A stretch of 63,886 bases of DNA, the filler included, from Octopus bimaculoides (taxonomy: Eukaryota), in NCBI RefSeq assembly GCF_001194135.2. It is 6 parts of 4 records of this genome, joined end to end, with 100 filler letters (N's around TTAATTAATTAA, not from the genome) between each part and the next. Parts side by side here need not be neighbours in the genome. Positions count along the whole stretch, not along the records: positions 1 to 13,759 come from NC_068985.1; positions 13,860 to 20,816 come from NC_068993.1; positions 20,917 to 41,030 come from NC_068987.1; 3 more parts are not named here. One strand, 5' to 3'. Positions 12,436 through 23,149 of this stretch are shown in pieces. The number at the start of each line of letters is the position of its first letter. The first letter of the stretch is position 1. Below the pieces are notes generated by a model. The model was not told where the DNA came from. It ran no database searches and was given only the letters and a program-made list of their open reading frames with translations. The translations under genes and the position numbers were made by a program.

Positions 12436-13092
12436 ACTGAGTGAGAGAGCAGTGCATGCCATCAAAGTGACACTGGGGTAAAAAAAAAATACGAAGCCCA
12501 ATATACCCATCATGAATACCCGTTTGATAAGGGTACACTAGGCACATGCATAACAACCATATGTGTGCGACATGGTGATCTCATATCAAGATAAACAGCG
12601 CATGACCTCGCAGGTGGGGCCCAGTTAGAATTTTCTTCAGGTCGAGTAGCTCATCCCGTTCAAAGGGTCACTGAATAAGGTTTGTTTAAGGGTGTTGAAC
12701 GAAACACACGTGTTTCCACGGGTGAATTATTCAAGCACCAAACAATTCCTCTCAACACATGGCTATGATGTTAGCCAACTACTTCTGCTCGTGATCAGAG
12801 ATGCACATATCGTCAGCCACCAGGGGATATGCTTAACTAGTTAAGGTCAAACAACTAGCAAGTAAATCTGTGGTATTGAGCAGAATATTTGCTGTAGTCT
12901 ATCATTTATGCCAAGACAAAACAATATACATGATAACATTTCCAATTAATTAAGATTTGAAGCCATGAAAGCCACTGCCTGGTATTACATCAGGGCAATC
13001 AGAATATTTGCTGTAACCCATTTTTTATATCAAGACAAAACAACGTACATGACAACACTTCTAATCGGTTACGATGAGAAGCCATGAAAGCC
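12436..13092. repeat. Unclassified ~650 bp repeat-like segment with an imperfect ~95 bp internal duplication
   Basis: 12881-12974 matches 13000-13092 (CAGAATATTTGCTGTA..CAAGACAAAACAA..GAAGCCATGAAAGCCA); preceded by a SINE-2 3' part at 12335-12435. Confidence 0.55.
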
Positions 13093-13101
13093 ATATTATT
13101 A

Positions 13102-13157
<56 letters not shown>

Positions 13158-13159
13158 GA

Positions 13160-13212
<53 letters not shown>

Positions 13213-13215
<3 letters not shown>

Positions 13216-13429
13216 AGGTAGCGAGCTGCTAGAATCATTAGTACACCGGGCGAAATGCTAAGCGTTATTTCGTCTGTCACTACGTTCTGAGTTCAATTTC
13301 TGCGGAGGTCGACTTTGCCTTTCTTCCTTTCGGAGTCGATAAATTAAGTACCAGTTAAGTACTGGGGTCGATCAACTCGACTATCCCCCTCCAACAAATT
13401 TCAGGCCTTGTATCTATAGGAGAAAGGGC

Positions 13430-13430
<1 letters not shown>
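13213..13430 (+). mobile_element. SINE-2 flanked by (TTA)n(GTA)n upstream and an (ATT)n tail
   Basis: GTAAGGTAGCGAGCTGCTAGAATC head, GAGTTCAATTTC B box, (ATT)n at 13430-13484. Confidence 0.88.
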
Positions 13431-13483
<53 letters not shown>

Positions 13484-13484
<1 letters not shown>

Positions 13485-13759
13485 TTATGTTTGACTTTTG
13501 CTTTCCATTCGTACAAGTTGGATCCAAGTCTCACCCAGAGACCTCAAGAGACAACAAGTTAGAAGTTCATGTAGGTGTTATGCCTAGGGTACCATATATT
13601 TGGATTTGTACAGTTTTGTTCAAGTGAATGTTTAAGAAACCATAAGAAAATTATGCGTTTGCTTTAAAATTTGAGATCACATAGACAGTATTTTATGTAG
13701 GATATGGGCAGTCACCATGAGCACTATCTTTTGAACTTCAGCCATTTTGGGGTTTCCTG
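13484..13759 (-). mobile_element. R4/Dong-type RLE retrotransposon 3' end, cut by a linker gap
   Basis: Minus-strand translation PGNPKMAEVQKIVLMVTAHILHKILSM* parallels the C-termini at 55380-55460 and 55740-55817; the 3' UTR runs into (TAA)n. Confidence 0.8.
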
Positions 13760-13859
13760 NNNNNNNNNNNNNNNNNNNNNNNNNNNNNNNNNNNNNNNNN
13801 NNNTTAATTAATTAANNNNNNNNNNNNNNNNNNNNNNNNNNNNNNNNNNNNNNNNNNNN
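13760..13859. other. Artificial 100 bp scaffold linker N44-TTAATTAATTAA-N44
   Basis: Palindromic 12-mer with stops in all six frames at 13804-13815. Confidence 0.9.
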
Positions 13860-13874
13860 CTTGTTAAGCAGTTA

Positions 13875-13991
13875 GGATGAAAATGGACAAGTAGTTGTGA
13901 GGTGGCCAGGATGAAAATGGACAAGTAGTTGTGAGGTGGCCAGGAGGAAAATGGACAAGTAGTTGTGAGGTGGCCAGGAGGAAAATGGACA
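13875..13991. repeat. 34 bp minisatellite, ~3.4 copies
   Basis: Unit GGA(T/G)GAAAATGGACAAGTAGTTGTGAGGTGGCCA. Confidence 0.95.
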
Positions 13992-15246
13992 CTTGGCAAG
14001 GCAAGCAAATCCTGAGAAATTACAAAGTTGATAGACATCAGTTTATATACTGCCTCATTAACACAAACAAAACAAATCCAACTAATTAGATGATTGCATT
14101 CCAAGTTGCTGACAGTTCAGTTTGATTCCATTTGGAGCCATTTTCATAACCTCAAGTGTTTTGATAACTCAATTTTGGTTAAATTGAGAAGTATTACTTT
14201 CAATCATTGAGAAACTTTAAAATATTAACTTTCTGTAATGGTTTCCCCCTACCCACCCCCTATAATCTTACATTTCCAACATTAATAAGGCTTTTGATAC
14301 TCTTCTAACAAATAACATTGTCATCTGATATTTTGTATTGTTGTCTATTACATTTTTGCATTGTCATCTCTTTTATGCATATTATATCAACATTGGTGAA
14401 ATAAAGGAAATTTTTTATTATCAATTCTAAGAACATAGCTTTCTTACATGGGTGTTTATTATCCAGGGACAACATTTTATAGTGATCCTGAATCAAAAAA
14501 CAATTGTTGTATTAGATTTTCTAATAAGGGTGCTGTACACCATATTCAATATCAAAAACAACCTCAATAACATACAAACACCACATCAAGAAGGAAATAC
14601 TCTTAGACATTTCTCGAAAATCAGTTTCCCCCCCCCACCTCACACACACACACACAAAGAAATCTGCTGATATGGTGTTAAGCAGCAACCTACAACTCTT
14701 TCACAGCCTATACAAGAAAAGTTTTATCTTGCACAAAAGATGTTGCTTCAGTATGGTATTGGCCATGATGGCTAAAACAAACTCAAGACAAGCTCAGGCT
14801 ATAGAAATGCTGTAGAAGTATAACATTTTGCAGTTTAGTACAATGCAAAAGGATTATTTTGTAATTCATAAACGATAACAAGCCTGGCTGGAAACCAGAA
14901 CATGTCCCATTTCATGGCTGAATGATTCATGTCACAAAGGTCTATAAAATATAGTTTGTTTTGTTTGGGTTTTTTTCTTATGAATAATGAAACATGCAAA
15001 CTGAAGAACCGAAGCAGTAAAGGAAACCTAATCATAACAAAAATACAACAAGAGAAAAGCATTTGTCTATGAACCTATTTAAAAACCGTTTGCTTTAGTT
15101 ATTTTCCCTATAAACCGACTAGATATAGGTGTGAATAAACTGACAGTCAAATTTTATTACCAGTATATAGTGCTCGACATGGTAATAAAATTTGACAGTC
15201 AAATTACCCAGTCTACTAAGGTAAGTACCATGGAGAGGTACAGAAC

Positions 15247-15470
15247 ATTGCCATAAGCATGAGAAAGACCAAATAATTACTGTTTTGTTAGCTATCAGTG
15301 CTGAGTTTAAATCATTCCAGAAAATCAAGTTTTGAAGAAGATTTATAAGACAGTCTCTGAGATTATTCCAAAGAAACAATACAGCCAATGAGGGAACCTC
15401 TACAACAGGAAAGGGGCAACTTATTTTGAGAAGTGGACTGCATGAGTCATAGCTCATCATCAGGTAGGCA
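15247..15470 (-). mobile_element. Old decayed relative of hammerhead element family A/D
   Basis: Minus strand CTGATGA-T-GAG-CTATGA-CTC-A-TGCAG versus element A CTGATGA-C-GAG-CAATGA-CTC-A-(GAAACATGTCCCTGAA)-TGCAG; the 3' part resembles the A/D terminus. Confidence 0.45.
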
Positions 15471-16349
15471 ACACTACAAGTAACATTTCATTAGGCCTGC
15501 CATTCAGAAAGTCTCACAGACTACATGCAGCCTGCAGTTTGCCTATGACTACACAACAGAATCATTAGACCTGCTAAAACTAGCACCTAAATCTCTCAAA
15601 TCATGGCCTACCATCTTGAAAAAGACATGTTAGATAATGTAGTCCTTGATGCAAGATGACTAAAGAGAGACAGAATAGTCAAAGCTGAAACACTTTTGAT
15701 CATAGGTCTGTTCAATCAAAGCTGATTTGAGATTAAACAACAAGATCAATAACTGATTTACAGTCATACCAATACAAATTTGTACAAATGTAGAAAGTTG
15801 AGAAGTAAATTAAATAGAAATCAAACACATCCTACAGATGGCTCTGTTAATGCTGCTAATTCAAATATTCTTACCACTGAAGACAGATTTTTTCACTTCA
15901 GAAACAGCTAATATGAAGTCATTGATACCATTAAATATATATTTTTCAGATTATCGTCCATGATAAAACATAACTGCCATCAGGTTTGGCTGTGTGATGT
16001 CATGCTTTGTTCAAAAGAATAGTTTACATAATATTAAGTTCTGCTAACAGTCAATGATTTGCTCTAGTCATTACAATTGCAACTATGCTGTAGTGGGCAA
16101 GTTGGCTTTCTTTTTTATGTTTTGCATGAGAAGACATTTTAGTGTTTGATGTGTGCTTTTTTTTTTTTTTAATGTTAGTGTAGAGATAAGTGTCTGAATA
16201 CATCATGATGAAGGTCAGCTGAGCAATGGGAAAGAGAGAGAGAGTAAAGAGAAAGCTTTTAAATACTGATTGGCCAAATTCAAATGAAACAATTGAGAAA
16301 ATATGGAAAACAATAACCAAAGCCAGTTATAATTTTCCACATTAACCTC

Positions 16350-16760
16350 TGAGGTAGGAAGTTTGTGTCATGACTCCATGGTTTTGGGTTCAGTCTCACC
16401 ATATGTCACCTTGGGCAAGTGTCTTCTACTATGTACTCAGGCTGACCCAAAGCCATAGGAGTGGATTTGGTAGATGGAAACTGTGTAGAAGCTTGTCTGT
16501 GCGCATGCATGTGTGTGCATGCATGTGTGTGCATGCATGTGTGTGCATGCATGTGTGTGCATGCATGTGTGTGTCTGTCTTTGTAGCTGTCCCCACCACC
16601 ACTTAACAATCGCTGTTGGTTTGTTTACATCTCTATAAGTTGTCAGTTCAGAAAAGAGACCAATGGAGTAAGTACCAGACTTTAAAACAAAAACACTGGG
16701 GGTCATTTGTTCCACGAAACCCTTCAATGACTGAAGACAGTAAAAGATAAACAATAAAAG
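16350..16760 (+). mobile_element. SINE-1, heavily CpG-decayed
   Basis: Family motifs with CG replaced by TG/CA (GCTGACC, TAGATGG). Confidence 0.85.
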
Positions 16761-17031
16761 AAAGATATATACATGAATGTGAATACACAGGAACTAACAA
16801 CTTCATGTATTGAGTGAGTAGCAGTAACTAAAAGACTGTCAGCCATCACATGTCACCCATTTTTTATTAGCTTTTTCTAAGAATGAATTCTTGATCAGAA
16901 ACTTTGTCTAATATATAAGCAAACAGTAACACTTTCACGTACAATAATGGCAAACAGCCAGACATGTGCCACTGATGAGTATTTATTTCTCTATTGACTC
17001 ATCAGAAGTTTTAGTCTACCAGATCACTTGA

Positions 17032-17222
17032 CCCCTTTAGCATTTAAACTAACCATATACAGCCAAAATATTCTACTGGTCTATGTTCAAACTGGCTAGG
17101 TCCAGTCTCTCACAACAGCCCAATGATATTCTAAAAATAAAGTCACATCTCAAAATCTTGAAGCTATGAAATATTGTAGGATTAAGCATTACATTTGACG
17201 GAGCAATCTGAATGGTAAAGGG
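17032..17222. mobile_element. piggyBac-like MITE
   Basis: TTGA|CCCCTTTAGCATTTA..TGAATGGTAAAGGG|TTAA: imperfect TIR starting CCC and a TTAA-like TSD. Confidence 0.65.
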
Positions 17223-18464
17223 TTAAGTAACTAAAACAGTAGAAATATCATGGACAGGTGGAATGGGTAACTCTAAGGGTACTAAATGGGCATCTATTAA
17301 TGTACAGAATTCAAAGTGATTAAAGTCCAGGGAAGCTGCTTCCTATGTTAACAACAAGAATTTCCATTCTCGATAAGTAGGTATTTTGTACCTGGATATC
17401 ATCATCGAAATACTATTATCAAACATCAGATATCAAATTTCCAGTAAGGAAAAGTAGAACAATGCGTGTCATATTCAGTGATGTAACAACAAAATATATC
17501 TAAGATCATTTACATTAAAGTCTCGGTGATTAATTCCCAGCATAACAAAGATTTGAAATATATGTTTAAGCTATGATCCATGAATAATAGCGAGAACTAG
17601 GTGAGAGCGTATATATGAAGCAATAATAAAATGAATAAACAGGTCACTGAAAATATGTGGAATGAAAGAGAAAGTGTTGTAAAAAGGAAAGTGAGAAGAA
17701 ATGAAGAGAATTTCTCATATGGAAGGAAAAAAAAATTGCTCAACAAGAGATTAAGTGTTAAAAAATAAAGAACTGTATGTTGTAAAAGTAGTTTCAGCTT
17801 AAATCTGATGTAAATATTTCCTGGACAAACATTACATTAAACTGTTTGTTTTCGTCCATTCTTGTAGGTTTTAAATCAAGCAGGTTATCTCAGCCACAGC
17901 TGAAGAGTGTTAGTTTTCAAACACTCATAACATCCAGTCAGTGTCAGTTAAACGAGAAGTAAAGATAAATTGTTCAAGTCTACTCTGCTTAGCACGAGTT
18001 AAATGAGTACATTGATGGGGCATCGGTTTACAAGTAGATGTTTGCCCTATCACCAGTCCTTGATTGTTTTGCAAGTAAAGGATCTCTTATTCCACATGTC
18101 TTTGAAGGTGCAAAGCCAGGGGATACTTTGTGAGCAAGGCAAATGACAACACCACCACTACTACCAGCAGCAGGGCAATTTTGGGGGGGAAACAGAGTTG
18201 CAAACAAACATGCAAACATACACATGCATACATAAACAGTCATCATCATTATAATCACACACACACATATGGACAGCGAAAGCGAGGTAGACTGAGGAAA
18301 ATGTGGAGGGGACAGGTGGAGGAGGAGATTGGGAGGGTTGGCTTGTGAAGGGAGGACGTCCAAAACCAGGCAAGATGGTATGAGGACGGTTGCTATGGCA
18401 CTGAGGTAGATGTGGCCACCCTCGTTAACTGGGGACAAAACCTGGATTCAAACTGATGGATGAT

Positions 18465-18638
18465 GATTTCAGTTTCCATCTACCAAATCCACTCAAGGGT
18501 TTGATCAGCCTGGGGCTATAGTAGAAGACACTTCCCAAAGTACCATGGAGGGAGATTGAATCTAGAATCATGGGGTTGAGAAGCAAACTTCTTACCACAT
18601 AGCCATGCCTACACAGCCACACCTACACAGCCATGCCT

Positions 18639-18640
<2 letters not shown>
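18465..18640 (-). mobile_element. SINE-1 5' portion with locally duplicated head end
   Basis: TTTCAGTTTCCATCTACCAAATCCACTC..CTTCTTACCACATAGCCATGCC, then ACACAGCCA repeats. Confidence 0.8.
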
Positions 18641-18682
<42 letters not shown>

Positions 18683-19194
18683 CGTGTGTGTGTGTGTGCG
18701 TGTGTAAAAGCAAAATTATTGTTAAGAAAAACAGAGTACAGAGAATATTGGAAAGTATAAATGTTATGCGGCCAAGTATTTAAAATATTGCATGACCAAC
18801 TTATGAATCATGGGATTATGAATCCAGCTCAGGTGTTTCAGTCTAATACACCATGTATTTCACTGAAGCTATTTGTTGAGAATAATCACCATGCATTTCT
18901 GAGAAAGTCACTGCTAATATATTCCTAGAGAACTGTCATGCACTAATTAATGCTACAGAAAAGATTATAATGTCAACGAGCAAGAAAACATTTTGCATTT
19001 TCTCCATTTCTAATTTTGCAGAATTACAAATAGATGACGTAATAAAAAGACCAAATTTTGTACCGTCTCTGGTCGTGCGTTGCCTCTCAAAGAACGTACT
19101 GAATACCTTCAACATCGGTCTTTCAAGACAAATGAAATATATATATAAGGAATGGTTCTCCAGTATAGCACTAATCATGTTTAATAACAGAGAG

Positions 19195-19540
19195 TTTATT
19201 TTCTATCTTTTACTTATTTCAGTCTTTCAACTGCAGCCATGCTGGGGGAGGGGGGATGTGGTGAAATGTTTAGTCAAACAAATTTACTCCATTACTTTCG
19301 TTTTTCAGCTTGGTAATTAGTGTATCAAACTGCTAAGTTTCCAGGACATAAACAAACCAACACTAGTTGCCAAGCTGTGGAGGGAGTCAAACACAAAGAT
19401 ACTCACACACCCACCCACAATTAGCTTCTCTCAGTTTCCAGTCTACAAAATTCCCTCAGAGATTTGGCTGGCTTGGAGCCACACAGTGGAACTGAACCCA
19501 AGACCACAAGGTTGGAAAGTAAGCATCTAACCACACAGCC
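19195..19540 (-). mobile_element. SINE-1, diverged
   Basis: Family tail and head remnants. Confidence 0.7.
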
Positions 19541-19617
19541 ATTACTAAAGCACCTACATTACTAAATTTAAACCTTGTTCAGGTTAGCAATCTAACTCAT
19601 AAACTACCACTTAGAGA

Positions 19618-19855
19618 GAGGGAAGCTGGCAGAATCGTTAGCACACCAGGTGAAATGCTTAGTGGTATTTCGTTTGTCATTACATTCTGAGTTCAAATTC
19701 CACCGAGGTTGACTTAGCCTTTCATCCTTTCAGGGTCAATTAAATAAGTACCAGTTACGCACTGGGGTCAATGTAATCGACTTAATCCCTTTGTCTGTCT
19801 TTGTTTGTCCCCTCTATGTTTAGCCCCCTGTGGGTAATAAAGAAATAAAAAAAAC
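19618..19855 (+). mobile_element. SINE-2 variant with a different 3' tail
   Basis: A box TGGCAGAATCG, B box GAGTTCAAATTCC, tail ..TTTAGCCCCCTGTGGGTAATAAAGAAATA. Confidence 0.88.
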
Positions 19856-19914
19856 AATGGCAATTCCATTCATCAGAGAAACTATTTTAATCTAATTTTA
19901 AATCTATTTTTTTA

Positions 19915-20236
19915 ATTTTTTACTCGTTTCAGTCATGACACTGGCCATGCTGGAGCACTGCCTTGGAGAAATTTTTTAGTCGAATGATTTGACCCTAGTA
20001 CTAAGTTTTTTTTTTCTGTTTTAAGCCTAGCAGTTATTCTATCGGTCTCTATTGCCAAATCCTTAAGTTACGGGGACGTAACCAACACTGGCTGTCAAAC
20101 TGTGGTGGGGGGCAAACACAAACACACATACATCCACACATATCAGGCTCCTTTCAGTTTCCATCAACCAGATCCACTCATAAGGCCTTGGTTGGCCTGA
20201 GGCTATAATTGAATACAATTGCTCAAGGTGCCACAC
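19915..20236 (-). mobile_element. SINE-1, CpG-decayed
   Basis: Complete tail-to-head motif order on the minus strand. Confidence 0.85.
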
Positions 20237-20479
20237 AGTAGAATTGAACCTAGAACCATGTGGTTGGGAAGCAAACTACATACCACACAACCATGCTTTT
20301 TCTTTTTTTTCTTATTACCTGTTGATTTATGCTACGGATGTACACAATCAATGCCAGAGCAACAAAGTTTGTTTTTTTGTTTTTTCCTCACATAATCAAC
20401 AAGTATTTGATTGACTCCTTCCAAGCTATGATATAAGCTGCTTCATTACAACTGACTTCACAAATCAGACTCGAGGTAT

Positions 20480-20817
20480 TTCGTGTTGCAAGACAGCGTA
20501 GGAGAGAGAATAGTGATGTTGTAGGAGAGAAATGTGTTCGCATGGATGATGGTACGCTTGCATTAAATGAGGATGCAAAGAAAGAGGTCTGGAGATGCCA
20601 CTACGATAGATTGCTTAATAAAGAGAATGAATGGGAGAAAGAGAGCCTGCCGTATGTCGACCCAATAGAGGGACCAGCTATCCGAGTTGATAGTACCGGG
20701 GTAGATAAAGCAATTAAGAGTATGAAGACCGGGAAAGCCCCCGGCCCATCAGGAATCACTGCAGAGATGCTCAAAATATCTGGCAGTGTTGGCTATAGCC
20801 TAGTCACCTGTATTACN
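20480..20817 (+). mobile_element. RTE-clade LINE fragment (pre-RT region)
   Basis: ORF ..KKEVWRCHYDRLLN..VDKAIKSMKTGKAPGPSGITAEMLK..; GKAPGPxGIxAExLK is typical of RTE-clade ORFs; truncated by a linker gap. Confidence 0.8.
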
Positions 20818-20916
20818 NNNNNNNNNNNNNNNNNNNNNNNNNNNNNNNNNNNNNNNNNNNTTAATTAATTAANNNNNNNNNNNNNNNNNNNNNNNNNNNN
20901 NNNNNNNNNNNNNNNN
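20818..20916. other. Artificial scaffold linker (TTAATTAATTAA at 20861-20872)
   Basis: Same design as 13760-13859. Confidence 0.9.
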
Positions 20917-21060
20917 GAAGTATTTGTTCAAACTCCGCGCTCTGAGTTCAAATTCCGTCAAGGTCAACATTGCCTTTCATTCTTTCCAGGATAATACTCT
21001 TTAAATGGTTATGTATATGTATATATGTACGAATGTGTATATATGTATGAATATATCTGT

Positions 21061-21114
<54 letters not shown>

Positions 21115-21367
21115 TGTATATAAATGAATGTTTGTATATATTTATATATATATATTAGATATACACATACGTATGTGCATATGAATATCTATAGATATGA
21201 GTGCTGTGCGCATATACATAAAATGTTTGAGAGAGTGTTTCTACGTGTGTGAATTTGTTTTGATTAGGTAAAAATTGGGACGGTGATCGATTCCAATGTC
21301 CGCCTCAGTAAAAAAAAATTCAACGTAAAGAACTTTAATCTTCAGTCCTGTATTCTTGTCAGCCACA

Positions 21368-21398
<31 letters not shown>

Positions 21399-21922
21399 AG
21401 CTCTCTTTCTCTATCTCCCTACCTTTCTTTCTCCTCTTTCTTTCTAACTATATATTTCTTTCTCTTCGTCCATTCTTTTTTTTATTTCTCATTTTACATT
21501 TTCTTTTTACTCTTCTAACTAATATTTTTCCTTTGAATTTTACATGATCACTGACACACACACACACAATCACACACACACAAACATATGCATAGACAAA
21601 ACACTCACACATACACTCAAAGCATACAGATATACAGTAACCCCTCGGCATATTGAGGTTCACCTGTCGCGGTTCACCTATCGTGGTTTATTATTTAAGC
21701 TTACGTCGATTCCTCCGTAGTGTTGTTTTGCATTTATAATAAAATAGATATATTTAAAGCAGTTGTTTACTGTCAACTTAATGTGACAGACCCATTAAGG
21801 GAATCATACTGCTGGTATTTAGCCCTAGGAAGCTAGACCGCTTCCTGTTGGCCTTGACACATTTCCTGTGTCCTTATATTTGTGAACGGGAGACAAGCCT
21901 CCCCACCCAGCTTTAGTCTGCA

Positions 21923-21965
21923 TTCAGGGACATGTTTCTGAGTCATTGCTCGTCATCAGCCTGAA
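21923..21965 (-). ncRNA. Minimal type I hammerhead ribozyme motif (mirror copy)
   Basis: Exact reverse complement of 22017-22059. Confidence 0.82.
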
Positions 21966-22016
21966 TTAGCCGACCAGCTGGTTGAAAAAGCATGTCTAGC
22001 CTTCACAAATATATAC

Positions 22017-22059
22017 TTCAGGCTGATGACGAGCAATGACTCAGAAACATGTCCCTGAA
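22017..22059 (+). ncRNA. Minimal type I hammerhead ribozyme motif, predicted GUC cleavage after 22053
   Basis: TTCAGG-CTGATGA-C-GAG(caatga)CTC-A-GAAA-CATG-TC/CCTGAA: perfect 6 bp stem I, intact core, palindromic stem III ACATGT. Confidence 0.85.
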
Positions 22060-22760
22060 TGCAGACTAAAGCTGGGTGGGGAGGCTTGTCTCCCCTTCAC
22101 AAATATAAGGACACAGGAAATGTGTCAAGGCTAACAGGAAGCGGTCCAGCTTCCTAGGGCTAAATAGCAGCAGTATGATTCCCTTAATGGGTCTGTCACA
22201 TTAAGTTGACAATAAACAACTGCTTTATCGTAGCACTGCTGCTTATATCTCTCTGTGAGATTTATAATTAGATCATTTCTAAATATATTCAAATTGTAAA
22301 AATAATTTTAAAAATATACAGTACTGCTTCTACTTCGCGGATTTTCACCTATCGCGGAGTGTTTGGAAACATAACACCCGCGATAGTCAAAGGATTACTG
22401 TAGTACACACAAAACGCATGCATGTAGATGAAACAAATATATAAAACAACACACACGTACAGATCACAATCACTCTGATTTAATATACACTCACATGACA
22501 CATATTCACACACACAAACACACACACACTCACGCATGCACTCACATGTACACACACAAGCACACACACACACATACATTTATACATACATACATACATA
22601 CACTCACACATACATACACACACACACATCCTGTTTCTCTTTATTATCTTGTTCCCACATACACACACGCAACCACACACAAACACACACACAAACTCCG
22701 TCTCTCTCTCACTCTCTCACCATCTCTCTCTCTCTCGCTCTTTCTCTCTCTCTTCCTGTG

Positions 22761-22812
<52 letters not shown>

Positions 22813-23149
22813 CATCAAANNNNNNNNNNTCCTGTGTATATATGTGTGTGTCTGTGTGTGTGTGTGTGTGTGTGTATGTGTGTGTGTGTGTGCATCAAAT
22901 ACAGAGAATAGAATTAACGAGATCCTTTATTCCAAACCACTACAATTGTTTTAACACATTCTCTCACCTGTAGGTTATAGGTGAGATGTTGTGCAGTTAG
23001 TTATCTGCATCACAGGTGCAGAATGCGCTTCCTCAAGTGACTGTTTAAACAAGTTCCTCGCTATATCCTCTCGCCATTTCACTTAACTGTGGTTGAGCTT
23101 TGCACAGCATTCTACACGGTTTTTACCTGAATCTCAACTCGAACGAAGA

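Larger units (their letters stand above)
21755..22227. mobile_element. Element A: 473 bp fold-back (211 bp arms, 51 bp spacer) with a hammerhead at the inner end of each arm
   Basis: 21755-21965 is the reverse complement of 22017-22227 with 5 mismatches counted by eye. Confidence 0.9.
21635..22400. mobile_element. Tigger/pogo-like MITE hosting the nested palindromic element A
   Basis: TA|CAGTAACCCCTCG..CAAAGGATTACTG|TA imperfect TIRs with TA TSD. Confidence 0.6.

Noticed and set aside
13875-13991. Short direct repeats as a CRISPR array
   Set aside because: Contiguous units without unique spacers, in eukaryotic context; a minisatellite
15838-15982. Short ORF or exon candidates (MALLMLLIQ.., AG..GT pairs)
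   Set aside because: Too short, no homology, ambiguous splice signals
16972-17005. CTGATGAGT..ACTCATCAG hairpin with hammerhead-like words on both strands
   Set aside because: No consistent stem I or stem III; only a 9 bp inverted repeat
17868-17962. Possible terminal exon (polypyrimidine-AG, FKSSRLSQPQLKSVSFQTLITSSQCQLNEK*)
   Set aside because: No recognisable homology or partner exons; expected by chance
21755-22227. ADAR signature among arm mismatches of element A
   Set aside because: Five mismatches of mixed types (two transversions); no A>G bias
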